Source: Chitinophaga pinensis
GTDB taxonomy: Bacteria > Bacteroidota > Bacteroidia > NS11-12g > UBA9320
NCBI GenBank assembly: GCA_945878925.1
Contig: CAMDXE010000001.1
Span: 1 to 55,686, forward strand
Direction of reading: 5' to 3'
DNA length: 55,686 nt
Shown here: in pieces, positions 55,001-55,686 of the stretch
How the letters are laid out: every line of letters starts with the position of its first letter
How positions within the stretch are numbered: the stretch's first letter is position 1
The notes under the pieces: model-generated
What the model saw: only the letters and a program-made list of their open reading frames with translations
Told to the model about the DNA's origin: nothing
The model's database searches: none
Made by a program: the position numbers and the translations under genes

Positions 55001-55686
55001 CAAATTGAGAAATATTACTGGGATTTTGGGGATGGCACTTATTCAAGTTTGCCCAATCCTTCCCATGTTTATATTGTGGCAGGTAAGTTCACCATTACCC
55101 TTATGGTTATTGATGAATTAGGGTGTAAAGATAAAATAGTGTTTAAAGATTTAATATTAATTGATGGGCCATTGGGTTCCTATACTTTTGATAAAAAAAC
55201 AGGCTGTACACCCTTGTTTGTTAATTTTAATTCAACTACCTCCAATACCTTTAAAATGGAATGGGACATGGGCGATGGAGAAATTATAAAAGACACCTCC
55301 AAGGTAGCACACCAATACACTCGAGTAGGCAAGTATGTGCCCTTGTTGGTTTTGGCCGATAGTTTTGGATGTAAATATACCCTTCCTCCTAATGACACTC
55401 TTGAGGTTTTTCCGATCCCTGTTCCTCAATTTAGTTTTACAACGCCTTGTTTAAAACAGCCGGTTTATTTCAAAAACACAACCTTGCCCCTCAAAGGAAC
55501 GATAAAGCGCTGTGAATGGAATTTTGGAGACGGAGATACTTCCACACAGTTTGAACCCCTCCATATTTTTAAAGCCAAAGGCGTATATAAGGTTTTACTA
55601 AAGGTTTGGAACAGCGACAGTTGTCAGGCAGAAATAACCCATCCCCTCATTATAAAAAACACGTATGCAGGGTTTAAGCCAGGAAA
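52079..55686 (+). CDS. Very large secreted PKD-repeat protein, N-terminal more than 1200 aa (runs off the window end)
   Basis: The frame is stop-free from 52037 to the window end. The only plausible start is TTG at 52079 (LKRSLCIIVLHLFAVSILRAQ signal peptide). There are 10 or more PKD-like units with (W/F)(D/N)(F/L/M)GDG motifs and GCxP pairs. It is absent from the ORF track because no stop occurs in the window. Confidence 0.8.
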   Translation, partial: MKRSLCIIVLHLFAVSILRAQPTALFNASPNKGCSPATIKFTNQSTGNGLTYFWDLGNGNTSTLKDPQAIYYSPGLYSIKLFITDNKGKKDSIIKSKYVEVYKNPVTDFDAKETKGCTPFDPGLYDKSTRGSGMITEWVWDYGDGKVVTSQAPAHAYATEGVYNVSLVLKDANGCISDVTKKQFIIANSAPQVIFSADKTTGCNQPFEVNFTNKSTGLKTGDQFEWDFGDGTKSSDKNPKKTFYDTGSFTIKLSIKSANGCNTSSQLTNFITISKPKPSFIVAPNPVCENGAAIFLNTSKPGGISYTCSWDFGDGNTAKGIKVTNKYKIKGKYTVKLTVSLADGSCKETITVPNAIEVLAKPKTNFTISDTLLCKLGMVDTLIDKSVGGYSRKWFLNDTFISSNKGVIVNIKKGGYSKVTLVSSNGACFDTLVKRKAIFVDSVELGMSIIPKKGCKPLDVIFSDLTKTKIPISSRFWDLGDGSYQSQESFGYTYTKAGIYPVTLTLITKPGCYFNLRDTVKVGLKPDITFGFSKVSKCNGDSLIISNAKDKNKLDIDEWRWYLDSALISESQNLKYRLKRKPDTYNIKLIAGNYGCYDTLVLKDILRVLPPMVSYTIHYDSCKGYPYTFINTSDSADEIGWVFKGDTYIKNQDTIIVRDVNDPWPIKMWGKNYKSGCVDTVENTINGVSQWVDFNYSGGLCSPANLTFTNYSSEYVNFKWIWGDETSESNDTLTVKKSFINAGTYYVMLEGKASNGCKDTFSKVIKVTGPKVLVEVSPKSGCGPLQITLINKTSDTSHKNKFWHISGLDSIPYTNDTMVYTLKKPGPLKDGKYAVSLSMKDENGCIGLASDTVQVVGLGYHFKILSLATCSYPKLTIRPIFHMADLDEKKLNYFWDVGDGRKFTGPIVDFWYKAQGVYKLNLKIIDENGCLTERDTLILTNQKSITADLLADKLEANCPPLRVNFISKSKSNWGQIEKYYWDFGDGTYSSLPNPSHVYIVAGKFTITLMVIDELGCKDKIVFKDLILIDGPLGSYTFDKKTGCTPLFVNFNSTTSNTFKMEWDMGDGEIIKDTSKVAHQYTRVGKYVPLLVLADSFGCKYTLPPNDTLEVFPIPVPQFSFTTPCLKQPVYFKNTTLPLKGTIKRCEWNFGDGDTSTQFEPLHIFKAKGVYKVLLKVWNSDSCQAEITHPLIIKNTYAGFKPG

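Noticed and set aside
52319-55429. Several 65-93-aa minus-strand ORFs in the last 3.5 kb.
   Set aside because: The plus strand carries an uninterrupted PKD-repeat reading frame from 52079 to the window end. The minus-strand ORFs are shadows of it.
1-55686. Scanned for CRISPR arrays, rRNA or tRNA genes, reverse transcriptases, transposases, and multi-gene defence systems other than R-M and TA.
   Set aside because: I found no regularly spaced repeats, no tRNA-like GTTCGAATC arms and no RT, integrase or transposase motifs in any long ORF. The PKD-domain periodicity at 52-55.7 kb is protein-level repetition, not DNA-level identical repeats.

Overview
This is a 55.7-kb chromosomal segment from an AT-rich Bacteroidota genome. 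Lineage markers are T9SS-sorted cargo proteins, TAnnTTTG -7 promoter boxes, a yceD-rpmF-plsX-fabH cluster and a uppS-bamA cluster; the exact taxon cannot be determined from sequence alone. Most of the window is housekeeping:
- UvrD-type helicase-nuclease, Nfu, and a MoxR ATPase following three periplasmic PPIase/chaperone genes
- two DUF6089 barrel genes, uppS-bamA, and the lipid/ribosomal cluster
- transporters, two secreted amidohydrolases, purQ, acs, an acyl-CoA dehydrogenase and a Tdh-like SDR
- large secreted GEVED/PKD proteins running off both window ends

The accessory content is of three kinds.

1. A roughly 7-kb type I R-M island (29.6-36.5 kb) has the order hsdM, ORF6N, RhuM fragment, an inverted-repeat-bounded GxxExxY cassette, an hsdM 3' remnant, a frameshifted hsdS, fic, hsdR. 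The Fic gene sits between hsdS and hsdR, where prrC sits in the E. coli prr locus, and its stop overlaps the hsdR start. This is my best candidate for an undescribed R-M-linked toxin module, but the functional claim is inference only.

2. Further along are a YoeB toxin with a non-YefM-looking antitoxin, and a second stand-alone Fic whose promoter is surrounded by four copies of an AAAGTAAA motif.

3. A family of GATT-periodic palindromic intergenic elements shares GTC(A/T)GAAT termini. Two roughly 100-bp copies bracket a small lipoprotein gene, and a related pair of arms encloses the GxxExxY gene.

I saw no rRNA, tRNA, CRISPR array, transposase or integrase. All motif and repeat calls come from hand translation and alignment and need computational confirmation.
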